From NCBI GenBank assembly GCA_965217585.1, contig OZ244561.1:3520001-3584000 (forward strand): a stretch of 64,000 nucleotides of DNA, in the 5' to 3' direction. Of this stretch, positions 38,551 to 48,897 are shown piece after piece. The notes beneath the pieces were generated by a model, which had not been told where the DNA came from, did not search any database, and saw nothing but the letters and a program-made list of their open reading frames with translations. The position numbers and the translations under genes are program-made. The DNA comes from Candidatus Latescibacterota bacterium. GTDB taxonomy: Bacteria > Latescibacterota > UBA2968 > UBA8231. Numbering within the stretch: the first letter of the stretch is position 1; the number at the start of each line of letters is the position of its first letter.

Positions 38551-39591
38551 GTGCCACTGGATAAAGCAATGGACGAACAGACCGCCCGCCGCCTGCACCA
38601 AGACTCCTTAGTCATCGACTCGCACAACGACAGCATCGTCGCTCTGATCCGTCGGGGCATGTCTTTAGACGGAACACAGCGCATTGACTTCCACCAGCGC
38701 GACGGTGCTGTTGCTTATTTGCGCCAGTACCAGTCGCTGGACGACGGCGTTCAGCTCGACTTGCCCAAGGCGCGCGAGGGCGGACTAGACGCGGCGTTTT
38801 TCGCCGTTGACTGCACCCGCCCTTGGGGCAATCACTTGCTCTACTGCATGGACGCCTTGGGCTATTTTTTGCAAGAAGTGGAAGAGTACAGTGGGGGCAT
38901 TGCCGTGGCACGCAGCGCGGCTGATATTGAGCGCGCCCGCGCCGAGGGCCGCCTAGCGGCCATACTGGCGGTGGAAAACAGCGATGCGCTGGAGAAAAGC
39001 CCCTATGTCCTGCCGCTGCTCTACCAACTGGGCGTCCGCGCCATGACCCTCACCCACAGCACCCGCTCTTGGGCCGGAGATGGCTGCGAGGTCGCGGGCG
39101 GCGGCGGCTTGACCGGCTTTGGCCGCCAGCTCCTAGCGCAGATGAACGAGTTGGGCGTGGTCGTCGATGTATCGCATCTCAACGAGCCGGGCTTTTGGGA
39201 CGTGGCCCAAGCGGCTCAAGCTCCTTTTATGGCCACCCATAGCTGCTGCCGCGCCCTCTGCGACCACCCGCGCAACCTCCGCGACGAGCAACTGCGTGCC
39301 CTCGCCGAAAAGGGCGGGGTAGTGAGTATCACCTTTGTCCCGCCCTTTATCGACGCGCACAACCCCACCTTCGACGGCCTGCTCGACCACATTGAGCACG
39401 CGGTCGCCGTCGCTGGCATCGATCACGTCGGCTTGGGGTCGGATTTTGACGGCGGCGGCTTGCTCTTGGAAGATGCGACCTGTCTCCCGGACATTGCGGT
39501 GGGCTTGGTTGCCCGCGGCTATGCCGAAGCCGATGTCCGCAAGATTCTCGGCGCGAACCAGCTCCGGCTCCTGCAACAGGTCATCGGCTGA
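38551..39591 (+). CDS. Membrane dipeptidase (M19)
   Basis: IDSHND, DVSHLN, HPRNLRD, HVGLGSDFDG; start at 38551 or 38569. Confidence 0.9.
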   Translation: MPLDKAMDEQTARRLHQDSLVIDSHNDSIVALIRRGMSLDGTQRIDFHQRDGAVAYLRQYQSLDDGVQLDLPKAREGGLDAAFFAVDCTRPWGNHLLYCMDALGYFLQEVEEYSGGIAVARSAADIERARAEGRLAAILAVENSDALEKSPYVLPLLYQLGVRAMTLTHSTRSWAGDGCEVAGGGGLTGFGRQLLAQMNELGVVVDVSHLNEPGFWDVAQAAQAPFMATHSCCRALCDHPRNLRDEQLRALAEKGGVVSITFVPPFIDAHNPTFDGLLDHIEHAVAVAGIDHVGLGSDFDGGGLLLEDATCLPDIAVGLVARGYAEADVRKILGANQLRLLQQVIG

Positions 39592-41080
39592 GGCCGTAGA
39601 GCGCCCCGAACTTCTCCTGCAAATAGGCGATGAAGTAATCGGCACTCAGCTTCGCGCCCGTCACCTCCTCGACCAATTCGCTGGCCGTCGCCCGTGAGCC
39701 GCGGGCGTGGATTTTCTCGTTGAGCCAAGTTTTGAGCGGCCCGAGTACGCCCCGCGCGATCTGTGCTTCGAGATCGGGCAAGTCCTGGTGGGCTTGGTGA
39801 AAAAACTGGGCCGCGTACAGGTTGCCCAGCGCGTAGGTCGGGAAATAGCCCAGCAGTCCGCAGGACCAGTGCGTGTCTTGGAGTACACCACGGGCGTCGT
39901 CGGGCGGGCGGATGCCTAAGTATTGCTCCATCCGCTCGTTCCACACCGCGGGCAACTCAGCCACGGCAACCCGCTCCTCAATCAGGTCGCACTCCAGTTC
40001 AAAACGCAGCAGGATGTGGAGGTTGTACGTCACCTCGTCGGCCTCTACCCGGATCAGCGAAGGCTCGACTTGATTGACCGCCGCGTAAAAGGCGTCTAGA
40101 TCAACCGCGCTGAGCTGCTGGGGAAAAAGCGCTCGTAGCTTGGGCAGGTAGTGAGTCCAAAAGGCTTTGCTGCGGCCGACCATGTTCTCCCACAGCCGCG
40201 ATTGCGACTCGTGTATCCCCAGCGAGACGCTTGCGCCGGCCGGGGTGCCGCTGGCGGCGGCGGGCAGGCCTTGTTCGTACAGTCCGTGCCCGCCCTCGTG
40301 GATGGTGCCAAAGAGCGCGCCGGGTAGCCAGTCGGCACTGTAGCGCGTCGTCAGCCGCACGTCATCGCGGGACGTGCCCGAGCAAAACGGATGCACTGCC
40401 AAGTCGAGCCGTCCGGCCTGCATGTCGAAGCCCATGTCCGCCAGTACCTGCCGTCCCAAAAGCTCCTGTTGCTCGATGGGGTATTCTTGGTCGAGTACGC
40501 CCCGCGCTGGGTACTGCCCGGTGGCAGCGATTTGTTCGACTAGCGGCACGAGTTGGGCTTTGAGCTGGTCGAAGACCGGGGCAATCTCCTCGGCTCGCGC
40601 ATAAGGCTCGTACTCGTCGAGCAGCGCATTGTACATCGCGCCTTCGTAACCGACCCGCTCGGCCACTTCTCTTTTGAGCGCAACTATTTTCTCCAGCCAA
40701 GGCTGGAAGAGCGCGAAGTCCGATTTTTTGCGCGCCTCGACCCAAGCCTCGTGCCCCAAGGACTCGGTCTGGCTCAGCTCGACGACCAGTTCCTTGGGCA
40801 GCTTGAGCGACCGGCTCTGCTGGCGGTCGATTTCGCGGACGTTGACGGCCGCGTCGCCTGTTAGCTCGGCGTCCTTGAGGTCTGCTACGAGTGCGACCAA
40901 CTCCGGTGCGGTGAGCCGCTCGTGGTACAGACCGGCGAAGGTCCCCAGCGCGCTGGCCCGCATGGCCGCGCCCCGTGGCGGCATGTAGGTCTCTTGATCC
41001 CAGCTCATCAGCCCCTGTGCGTGGCTTATATCGGCCAGTTCGGAGAGCCGTTCTACAAAGATTTCATACGTCCTGCTCAT
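39581..41080 (-). CDS. Carboxypeptidase M32
   Basis: WDQETYMP, HPFC, HEGGH, HESQSR, IRVEADE, GYFPTY. Confidence 0.95.
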   Translation of the reverse strand: MSRTYEIFVERLSELADISHAQGLMSWDQETYMPPRGAAMRASALGTFAGLYHERLTAPELVALVADLKDAELTGDAAVNVREIDRQQSRSLKLPKELVVELSQTESLGHEAWVEARKKSDFALFQPWLEKIVALKREVAERVGYEGAMYNALLDEYEPYARAEEIAPVFDQLKAQLVPLVEQIAATGQYPARGVLDQEYPIEQQELLGRQVLADMGFDMQAGRLDLAVHPFCSGTSRDDVRLTTRYSADWLPGALFGTIHEGGHGLYEQGLPAAASGTPAGASVSLGIHESQSRLWENMVGRSKAFWTHYLPKLRALFPQQLSAVDLDAFYAAVNQVEPSLIRVEADEVTYNLHILLRFELECDLIEERVAVAELPAVWNERMEQYLGIRPPDDARGVLQDTHWSCGLLGYFPTYALGNLYAAQFFHQAHQDLPDLEAQIARGVLGPLKTWLNEKIHARGSRATASELVEEVTGAKLSADYFIAYLQEKFGALYGLSR

Positions 41081-41186
41081 GGCATTGCCTTTCTTTGGAT
41101 TGGATTAAATTAATGGTTGCTCGTCTGCGAGTTTTTGCGTGTCTTCTGTCAATCAATCTGTGACCCCATCATCCTCGGAGGCCCCC

Positions 41187-42416
41187 ATGAAGATCACTCA
41201 CGCTGAATCCATTGCCCTCAACATCCCATTCTACGCCGAGCACGTCACCCGCGCCATGCAGCGCGCTTCGACCCACGACGAGCGCGTGTGGGTCGTGCGC
41301 TTAGAGACGGACAACGGCCTCGTGGGCTGGGCCGACAACCACGGCCAGCCATCGGTCGATGGCCTCGTCGGGCAAAACCCAGCCAGCCTGATAAACCGCG
41401 ACGATATTGGCTTTGGCCCGCAAGTCGCTTGCCTCGACCTAGTGGGCCAAGACAACGGCGTGCCCGTACACGAACTGCTCGGCGTCAAGCTCCGCGACCG
41501 CTGCCCCATATCTTGGTGGGACATAGATATGCCACCCCAAGACTGGGTCGCCGAGGCCGAGGAATCGCTAAGGCGCGGGTACACCTGCATTAAGATGAAG
41601 GCCCGCCCTTGGCGCGACATCATCGCCCAAACCGATGCGGTCGCCAAGGTCGTCCCAGCCGACTACAAATTCGACGTGGACTTCAACGGCTTCTTGCTCA
41701 ACCAAGCCAAGGCCGAAATCACCCTGCAAAAACTCGACGAAAACCCCAATGTCGGCATGTACGAAAGTCCGTTTTACCTGCACTCGGACGTAGATGGGGC
41801 ACGGATTTTGCGCGAGCGGGTGCGCAAACCCATTGTCGAGCACTACCAAGACCAGTATCTGCGCAACGACTGCTGCGACGGCTTCGTCATCGGCGGCGGC
41901 GCGACCGATACCCGGCGGTCGGCAACCCTCGCGGCCGCCCAGAACAAACCCTTTTGGCTCCAGCTCGTCGGCGCTGGCTTAACCACCACTTATGCGGCGC
42001 ACCTCGGCTCGGTACTCTCGCACGCCCAACTGCCCTATATTACCTGCCACGAGCTGTGGGAGGACGACCTGCTGCAAGAGCCTATCGAGGTCCGCGATGG
42101 CTATATGCCAGTTCCAGACGCGCCTGGCTTGGGCGTCTCCGTGGATGAAGAGGCGATTGCAACCTACCGAGTGGATCCCGCAGAGCCGACGCCCAAGCAC
42201 CACTACTTGGCCCAAAAGCGCATTCTCCGCGTGTACTGGCCGGGCGACAGCAAAGAGCGGGAGTGGGAATTTACTGCGGAAGACCGCTATCAGCGGGCCT
42301 TCTACGCTGGCAACATTCCCGGCTTTGAGCAAGGCGTCGATTTGGAGGTGATTGAGGACGACAACAGCGCGGCCTTCCAAAAGCGGCACGAGGAGCTGGT
42401 GGCGCAAGGGCGCTAG
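41187..42416 (+). CDS. Mandelate racemase/enolase superfamily protein
   Basis: KMK, DVDFNG, YESP, PDAPGLGVSVD. Confidence 0.85.
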   Translation: MKITHAESIALNIPFYAEHVTRAMQRASTHDERVWVVRLETDNGLVGWADNHGQPSVDGLVGQNPASLINRDDIGFGPQVACLDLVGQDNGVPVHELLGVKLRDRCPISWWDIDMPPQDWVAEAEESLRRGYTCIKMKARPWRDIIAQTDAVAKVVPADYKFDVDFNGFLLNQAKAEITLQKLDENPNVGMYESPFYLHSDVDGARILRERVRKPIVEHYQDQYLRNDCCDGFVIGGGATDTRRSATLAAAQNKPFWLQLVGAGLTTTYAAHLGSVLSHAQLPYITCHELWEDDLLQEPIEVRDGYMPVPDAPGLGVSVDEEAIATYRVDPAEPTPKHHYLAQKRILRVYWPGDSKEREWEFTAEDRYQRAFYAGNIPGFEQGVDLEVIEDDNSAAFQKRHEELVAQGR

Positions 42417-43423
42417 TCCCGTTGTCGGGCGATGGCTTCGTAATCCGTCAGTGCATAGCCGATGCCCACGTAATCGAGCAGGTTGAGCAGCGCTCGCAGC
42501 GCCACTCCGAACCCATCGACGCCGCTGAAGCCGCCAAACTGCCCGCCGCCCTTTAGGTGCGGCTCCAGGTCGAGGAACACGCCGGGAACCCCCTTCTGCT
42601 TCAGCTCGTGCTCTAGGGCTGGGATGCGGGTGCGGAAGTCGCGCAATATGGCCTCGTGCCCGGAATCGCCACGGTCGGCGGGCACAAAGTTTTTGAGCCG
42701 CTCCTCGTCCACGGTGCCCTCCCATTGGAGAGTTGGGTCGATCTTGTAATCCTTGATGTGCATCCAGCCAATTCCCGCGCGCATCGCATGATACTCGGCT
42801 AGGGTTTCGACCGCGGTGAAGTTTTGGCTCGACAGATTGCCGCCGTCGAAAATCAGGCACAGGTTGGGGTGGTCCACCATCTTGTAGAGCTTTTGCAGGA
42901 GCCGTCCGTTCTGGCCGACGAGATTGGCCTCGACCTCTAAGCCGAAAATGGTCCCGCCTCGACTGCAGACCTCGGCGATTTGTGCTAGCCGTTCGGCAGC
43001 CGGCTCCACGTAATTGGCTGGATCCTCGCCCTGGGGATGGTAAAACGAGAACCCGCGGATCAGCCGCGTCTCGAACTCGCCGGCCAGATCCACGGCCCGC
43101 TGCACGTCCTGTTGCAAGTACTGGTCGAACGGGATGTAGGCATTGGTCGAGCCGTCTTCCACATCGAGCAGCTTGACCTTGCCAATCGGCGAGCCGATCG
43201 AGGCTACCGCAATCCCGAATTCGCCGTGCAATTGGCGCAGCCGTGCTATCTCGGGCTGCGTTAGCTGCATCGCGTTTTTGACGCCCTGCCCCATGTCCAC
43301 AAAGCGCAAGCTGTAGTGCGACATGCCCAGCGTCGCGAGCATGGTTAGCTGGGCTTCGGCCTTTTTGTCAGCCGGCCCCTCGTCGGCAAAGCCGCTGATG
43401 ATCACCTTGGGTGTTTCGCGCAT
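42413..43423 (-). CDS. Sugar phosphate isomerase/epimerase
   Basis: ISGFADE, IGSPIGK, IRGFSFY, HIKDY, LEPHL. Confidence 0.85.
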   Translation of the reverse strand: MRETPKVIISGFADEGPADKKAEAQLTMLATLGMSHYSLRFVDMGQGVKNAMQLTQPEIARLRQLHGEFGIAVASIGSPIGKVKLLDVEDGSTNAYIPFDQYLQQDVQRAVDLAGEFETRLIRGFSFYHPQGEDPANYVEPAAERLAQIAEVCSRGGTIFGLEVEANLVGQNGRLLQKLYKMVDHPNLCLIFDGGNLSSQNFTAVETLAEYHAMRAGIGWMHIKDYKIDPTLQWEGTVDEERLKNFVPADRGDSGHEAILRDFRTRIPALEHELKQKGVPGVFLDLEPHLKGGGQFGGFSGVDGFGVALRALLNLLDYVGIGYALTDYEAIARQRD

Positions 43424-43540
43424 AATACTCTCCTAAGATTTTCCTAAGTATAGAGCTTGGACAAACCTTGACAAAACGCACCCTCGCTGCTGTCTTAGGG
43501 CGTCCTCCGAACCAATCGAATCGCACAGACGAAACTAAGA

Positions 43541-46096
43541 ATGAAACCTCTACATCGCCTCAATATTATCCCATCTCTGCCCGAGCAGTTGACGCCGCTG
43601 TGGGAGCTGGGGCACAACCTCTGGTGGACTTGGAGCAAGGAGACCATCCGCACCCTCTACCAGATTGACCCGGAAACGTGGACCGAGAGTCAGCGCAATC
43701 CCCTGCGCTTTTGGGCTTCCCTGCGGCCGGAGCAGCTCGACGCCCTAATCGCCGACGAGCAACTGCGAGATCGCATCGAGCGCGTCGTCGAGCAATTCGA
43801 GGGCTATTTGTCTCATCCGACGTGGTTTGGCCAGACACACGGCGAGAGCCAGTTGCAGGTTGCGTACTTCTCGGCGGAATTCGGCTTGACCGAGAGCCTA
43901 CGCATTTATTCTGGCGGCTTGGGCGTGCTCGCCGGCGACCATCTTAAGGCCGCTAGCGATCTAGGCATTCCCCTCGTCGGGGTCGGCTTGCTCTACCGAG
44001 AGGGCTATTTCCACCAAGCCCTCAACGCCGACGGCTGGCAGATAGAGCAAAACCCGGAAAACGACTTCTATCAAATGCCCGTGCAGCCGGTCCATGGCCG
44101 AGGCGGAGAGCACTTGACCATTGATATCCCCTTCGCTCATGGCTTGGTGCAGGCGCGGATCTGGCAGGTGCAGGTGGGCCGGGTGCGGCTCTATTTGCTC
44201 GATACCGACCTCGACGAAAACGCCCCTGCGGACCGCGATATTACCGCTCGTCTCTATGGCGGCGACACGGCCATGCGCATCCGGCAGGAGATTCTCCTCG
44301 GCATCGGCGGCCTGCGCGCCCTCCAGGCCGTGGGCGTCGAACCTACCGTCTGCCACATGAACGAGGGGCACTCGGCCTTTTTGGCCCTAGAGCGGATTCG
44401 CCGGCTCATGGCCGAGCACGGCTATTCGTTTGCCACGGCCCGCGAGGCTAGCATCGTCGGCAATGTGTTCACCACGCACACCCCGGTCGCGGCGGGCAAC
44501 GACTGGTTCCCCGCGCACTTGGTCGAGGCGCACTTGGGCTATTTCCGCGAGTGGCTCGGCCTGTCGCACGAGGAATTTATCGGCTTGGGCCGGGTTAATC
44601 CCCGCGATCCCCACGCCGACTTCTGCATGACGGTCTTGGCGCTTAGGCTATCGGGCCGGGCCAATGGCGTCAGTCGCCTGCACGGCGCGGTTAGCCGCCG
44701 CATGTGGCAGGGCCTGTGGCCCGACTTCTCAGAGCACGAAATCCCCATCGGCCACGTCACCAACGGCGTCCATCTCCACACGTGGATCTCGCTGGAAATG
44801 GCCGAGCTGTTCGACCGCCATCTCGGCGACGCCTGGCGCTTTGTCTCGGCCGACGAGAGCGATTGGGCCCCGGTCTATCAGATCCCCGACCGCGAGCTGT
44901 GGGACACGCACCAGCACCGGCGCAAGCGGCTGATTGACGTAACCCGCCATCACCTGCGCCAGCAGATGCAGGGCCAGGGCGCGCCAGCAGCCAAAATTGA
45001 ACAGGCTCTAGCGCGGTTAGACCCCGAGGTGCTGACTATTGGTTTTGCCCGCCGCTTTGCCACCTACAAGCGCGGCAACCTGATTTTTCGCAATATCGAG
45101 CGGCTCAAGGCCCTGTTTTCCGACGCGCAGCGGCCCTTGCAGATTCTCTTCGCCGGCAAGGCCCACCCCCGCGACGACGCCGGCAAGGAGCTGATTCGCC
45201 AGATCGTCCACCTCGCGCGGCAAGCGCCCTTTAATGGCCGGATTTTCTTTTTGCAAGACTACGACATGAACCTCGCCCGCTACTTGGTGCAAGGGTGCGA
45301 TGTCTGGCTCAACAACCCCCGCCGCCCCTTGGAGGCTTCGGGCACGTCTGGCATGAAGGCTGCGGTCAACGGCGTGCTCAACGTCAGCGTATTCGATGGC
45401 TGGTGGGACGAAGCCTGCGACAAGCACGCTGGTTGGACTATTGGCCGCGGCGAGGACTACGACGACGAACGCTACCAAGACGAGGTCGAGTCCAACTCGC
45501 TCTATGACCTGCTAGAGACTGAGGTTCTCCCACTCTTCTACCAGCGCGATGCGGACGGATTGCCCGGCGGTTGGATCGGTCGCATGAAGGAGACCATCGT
45601 CCAGCTTGCGCCGCAGTACAACACGCACCGCATGGTGCGCGAGTACACCGAGCGATTCTACTTGCCCGGGCAAGCCCGCTTTGCGGAATTGGCGGCCGAT
45701 CGCGAGCGGGTGCAGCAGTTGACGCATTGGAAGTCGCACGTGCGCTCCAAGTGGGCGCAGGTCCAGATTGGCGAGGTGGATGCCGAATTTCCGCGGCTGC
45801 TCAAGGTGGGGATGAAGGTGCCGTTGCGCGCCGCGGTGGCCTTGGGCGAGCTAACGCCAGAGGATGTCCGCGTCGAGATCTACGCCGGCCGCCTCAACGC
45901 CCAGCGCGAGTTCGCGCAGACCGAGGTGTACCCGCTGGAATTGGCCGGTCCCAACGGCGACGGTACCTACCACTTCGTCGGCACCTTCACGTGCGCAGCG
46001 GCCGGCTCGTACGGCTACACCCTGCGCGTGGTGCCCTCGCACCCCGACTTGCGAAATCCCTTGGAGATGGGGTTGGTTCACTGGGCGAGGGGGTAG
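43541..46096 (+). CDS. glgP: Alpha-glucan phosphorylase
   Basis: YSGGLGVLAGDHLK, HMNEGH, ARRFATYKR, EASGTSGMK. Confidence 0.96.
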   Translation: MKPLHRLNIIPSLPEQLTPLWELGHNLWWTWSKETIRTLYQIDPETWTESQRNPLRFWASLRPEQLDALIADEQLRDRIERVVEQFEGYLSHPTWFGQTHGESQLQVAYFSAEFGLTESLRIYSGGLGVLAGDHLKAASDLGIPLVGVGLLYREGYFHQALNADGWQIEQNPENDFYQMPVQPVHGRGGEHLTIDIPFAHGLVQARIWQVQVGRVRLYLLDTDLDENAPADRDITARLYGGDTAMRIRQEILLGIGGLRALQAVGVEPTVCHMNEGHSAFLALERIRRLMAEHGYSFATAREASIVGNVFTTHTPVAAGNDWFPAHLVEAHLGYFREWLGLSHEEFIGLGRVNPRDPHADFCMTVLALRLSGRANGVSRLHGAVSRRMWQGLWPDFSEHEIPIGHVTNGVHLHTWISLEMAELFDRHLGDAWRFVSADESDWAPVYQIPDRELWDTHQHRRKRLIDVTRHHLRQQMQGQGAPAAKIEQALARLDPEVLTIGFARRFATYKRGNLIFRNIERLKALFSDAQRPLQILFAGKAHPRDDAGKELIRQIVHLARQAPFNGRIFFLQDYDMNLARYLVQGCDVWLNNPRRPLEASGTSGMKAAVNGVLNVSVFDGWWDEACDKHAGWTIGRGEDYDDERYQDEVESNSLYDLLETEVLPLFYQRDADGLPGGWIGRMKETIVQLAPQYNTHRMVREYTERFYLPGQARFAELAADRERVQQLTHWKSHVRSKWAQVQIGEVDAEFPRLLKVGMKVPLRAAVALGELTPEDVRVEIYAGRLNAQREFAQTEVYPLELAGPNGDGTYHFVGTFTCAAAGSYGYTLRVVPSHPDLRNPLEMGLVHWARG

Positions 46097-46151
46097 GGGA
46101 TGCTCAGGGATGTGAGCTAGAAAAAATAAAAGAAATAGCTTCTCCGAGGTC

Positions 46152-48419
46152 TTATTCGATCTCTGAGGTATATATCGGCTCGGGAATGCCTTCAAGCGAA
46201 CAGAAATTGCTCACTTGGTCAGCTAAGACCTTACCAGCAGGCGCATTGCCGTTGGGATAAATCCTAAAGCTATGTATATCCGCTTGGCTTGCGTCTACTT
46301 CATATCCTAGATCGGCTAATGCTTGAATAGTTATTGCGGTTAAGGCGGCACTGCCTCCAGAGGCGTTGGTGGACATTAGTTCATTGTACATGACTGCACC
46401 GCGCCAATGATGAGGTGTAGGTCCTTGTTCGACGGGAACCTTTTTGCCTCTATAGCTTTGTCCCCCCAAATCATTAAAGGCTTGAATCGCTCTTGAGCCG
46501 ATAAAGTGCGTATCGGATACGTAATCGGTTTCTGAGCCAGGATTTTTTAGTAATCCTAGCTCATCCCATATCGTTCCGATTCCAAGAACATGGCCTATTT
46601 CATGTACGAGCACTAATTCATGCAACCATCCACTTTTGGCTATTTCTACGCATCCAATAGCGGGCAGTTGACTGTCTCGTACTAAATGTGGATAGCCTTT
46701 CCCAAGAGGGCCGTCCTCTTCATGTTCAAAGACCGTTACATAAATACGCAGGTCGTCAATTTTATCACCGGCTGCAATATGGATGGGTTGGTTCCCACAC
46801 GCCGATTGGAAATCATGCTTGAGTGTGTAGTCAGGTATATCCTGTTGAATGATTTGTTCCCAACGCGTTCTTACAGGATCCCAATAGAAAGGAATACCAC
46901 CTGGAAGATCATCGAAAAATTCATTCGCTTCGCCAAGAAAGACGAACTCAATATTAAAGGTCCCCGCAGGAAAATCCCAGTGAACAACTGTTCCACGAGC
47001 CTGTAAGGCGGGTATTGTCTTTTTAATAGAATTCTCTGAGAGGGACGAGCCTCGCAAGTCCACGTATTCTAACATCAGATTTTCTAAGGGAGTAATGTCT
47101 TCTAAGCTTTCAGCAGTTACCTCGGGAAAGGAAAAGTCAAGTGTCTTAAGGTTGGTCAGGTGTTGCATAACGGAAATATCCGTTAGTTTGGGAACTCTTA
47201 TAACTAGGACGCTAAGACTCGTCAAGCCTTGCAATCCTGAAATAGCGGTAAGCAAAGGCCCATCTATATGTAATTGGTTGAGATGCTTTAAGTTGTTCAA
47301 AGATGGCAAACTAGCCGCATGGGTTCTCAACGATAGCCACTCTAGGTTAGTTAATTGAGAAAGAGCATCCGCATTTTGAATTGGGTGGCCACGTACACTC
47401 AGAGATTTAAGTTTCGTCAACGACGCAAGAGGTGCGATCCCGGTTAGTTTACCTATAATCTCCTCTTCAAATGAACCATCTGCATAATGATGTAAAAGTT
47501 CACCGCCACTAATGTATAACTCTGTTAGATTCGTGGCCGCTTCCATCCCTGTTAGAGAGACGATCTCTTTATTTTCGATAGTCAACCGTTCCAAAGAAGC
47601 CATATCGCCCCAAGTAATCGTTGCCCCCGATTGTTTGTTGAGGGCTTCTTCGAGAATTGTTCTAAGCGCCTGATCGGGGACTGAAACAGGGCTGTTTTGA
47701 TCGACTACTACAGAGAATGTATTCTGATTATCAGCCTCCGTCTGGGTCGTAAATTGATGTCCCTCTATCCACTCGGATGCCCCCTGACTGTTTTCGGCTC
47801 GCACGGCCCAGCGATACGTCGTGTTCGGCTCCAATTCACTGATGGTATTATATAGTCCCGTCCCTCTATGCGGTTCGAGTTGCCAACGACCGTTGGGCAC
47901 CTTCTTGTAGTTTAGATCGTAGTCGGTCGCTCCTTCAGAGGCGTCCCACCGAACCGTACACTCCGAACTGGTTGGCGTGTCGAATCGCAGATTGGTTGGC
48001 GGGGCCGGATTTGCCAAAGTAGCTACCGAGGTGTCATCCTCCGTCTGGGTCGTAAATTGAGGTCCTTCTACCCACGCGGATGCTCCCTGACTATTTTCGG
48101 CTCGCACAGCCCAACGATACGTCGTATTCGGCTCCAATTCATTGATGGTATTGTATAGTCTCGTCCCTTTATGCGGTTCGAGTTGCCAACGACCGTTGGG
48201 CACCTTCTTGTAGTTTAGATCGTAGTCAGTCGCTCCTTCAGAGACATCCCAGCGCACGCGACAGGAGGTACTAGTGGGATCGTCGAATCGCAGGTTGGTA
48301 GGCGGAGCCGGGTTTGCCAAAGCAGCTACTGTTTTGCCAGCTGGTGAAAGCGGCGCGGGTTTATCCTTCGAGCAGGAAAGGGCTAAAAACGATAGGGCGA
48401 GCAAGATAATGCGTAGCAT
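46152..48419 (-). CDS. Lipoprotein: 2x fibronectin III, LRR, leishmanolysin-like (M8) zinc protease
   Basis: Lipobox ALSC; PTNL...YRWAVRAEN twice; LTGMEAATNLTEL and LTNLEWLSL repeats; HEIGHVLGIG, HW...NELMS. Confidence 0.88.
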   Translation of the reverse strand: MLRIILLALSFLALSCSKDKPAPLSPAGKTVAALANPAPPTNLRFDDPTSTSCRVRWDVSEGATDYDLNYKKVPNGRWQLEPHKGTRLYNTINELEPNTTYRWAVRAENSQGASAWVEGPQFTTQTEDDTSVATLANPAPPTNLRFDTPTSSECTVRWDASEGATDYDLNYKKVPNGRWQLEPHRGTGLYNTISELEPNTTYRWAVRAENSQGASEWIEGHQFTTQTEADNQNTFSVVVDQNSPVSVPDQALRTILEEALNKQSGATITWGDMASLERLTIENKEIVSLTGMEAATNLTELYISGGELLHHYADGSFEEEIIGKLTGIAPLASLTKLKSLSVRGHPIQNADALSQLTNLEWLSLRTHAASLPSLNNLKHLNQLHIDGPLLTAISGLQGLTSLSVLVIRVPKLTDISVMQHLTNLKTLDFSFPEVTAESLEDITPLENLMLEYVDLRGSSLSENSIKKTIPALQARGTVVHWDFPAGTFNIEFVFLGEANEFFDDLPGGIPFYWDPVRTRWEQIIQQDIPDYTLKHDFQSACGNQPIHIAAGDKIDDLRIYVTVFEHEEDGPLGKGYPHLVRDSQLPAIGCVEIAKSGWLHELVLVHEIGHVLGIGTIWDELGLLKNPGSETDYVSDTHFIGSRAIQAFNDLGGQSYRGKKVPVEQGPTPHHWRGAVMYNELMSTNASGGSAALTAITIQALADLGYEVDASQADIHSFRIYPNGNAPAGKVLADQVSNFCSLEGIPEPIYTSEIE
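47735..48329. repeat. Tandem duplication of the FN3 module (47735-48026 and 48038-48329)
   Basis: 303-bp period, near-identical DNA. Confidence 0.9.
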
Positions 48420-48457
48420 GGGTAGCTCCTTCGTCAATTTTCGGAAAGTGGGTCTTG

Positions 48458-48486
48458 AATGTAATTGCTCAAGATCAGAATTACAA
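48458..48486 (-). promoter_or_regulatory. Sigma70 promoter overlapped by an inverted repeat
   Basis: TTGTAA-17 bp-TACATT; TGTAATT-N12-AATTACA at 48460-48485. Confidence 0.5.
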
Positions 48487-48572
48487 TCGTTTTCAAGGCC
48501 TGAGTTTAACCTTAACTATTGGTATTGAATATCGGCGTAAGCTATCCGGCGTTTTCAATTGGCTGGTGGAGC

Positions 48573-48602
48573 TTGACTGAGCGTATCGTTTGCCGTTACG
48601 TT
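48573..48602 (+). promoter_or_regulatory. higBA promoter/operator, probably leaderless
   Basis: TTGACT-18 bp-TACGTT, 5 nt before the ATG, no SD; palindrome CGTATCG-N5-CGTTACG. Confidence 0.55.
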
Positions 48603-48607
48603 GACAC

Positions 48608-48889
48608 ATGATCAAGAGCTTTGCGGACAAGCGCACTGCGGCGATCTTTTCAGGTCATGCCGTTCGCGGCATGCCCATGCAACTCCAGCGACGAGCGCGG
48701 GTGAAGCTACTGGCGATTGACGCGGCTGGTCGGCTTGGCGATCTGCACACGCCGCCCGGCAATCGCCTTGAAACTTTGCGGGCAGATCGTCGCGGTCAAT
48801 ACAGTATTCGCGTCAATGACCGATGGCGTATCTGCTTCGTTTGGCGCGATGGGGAAGCGTGGGAGGTCGAGATTGTTGACTACCATTGA
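48608..48889 (+). CDS. higB: HigB family toxin
   Basis: MIKSFADK...PPGNRLETL..DRRGQYSIRVNDRWRICF...VEIVDYH. Confidence 0.93.
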   Translation: MIKSFADKRTAAIFSGHAVRGMPMQLQRRARVKLLAIDAAGRLGDLHTPPGNRLETLRADRRGQYSIRVNDRWRICFVWRDGEAWEVEIVDYH

Positions 48890-48897
48890 GGAGGCAA

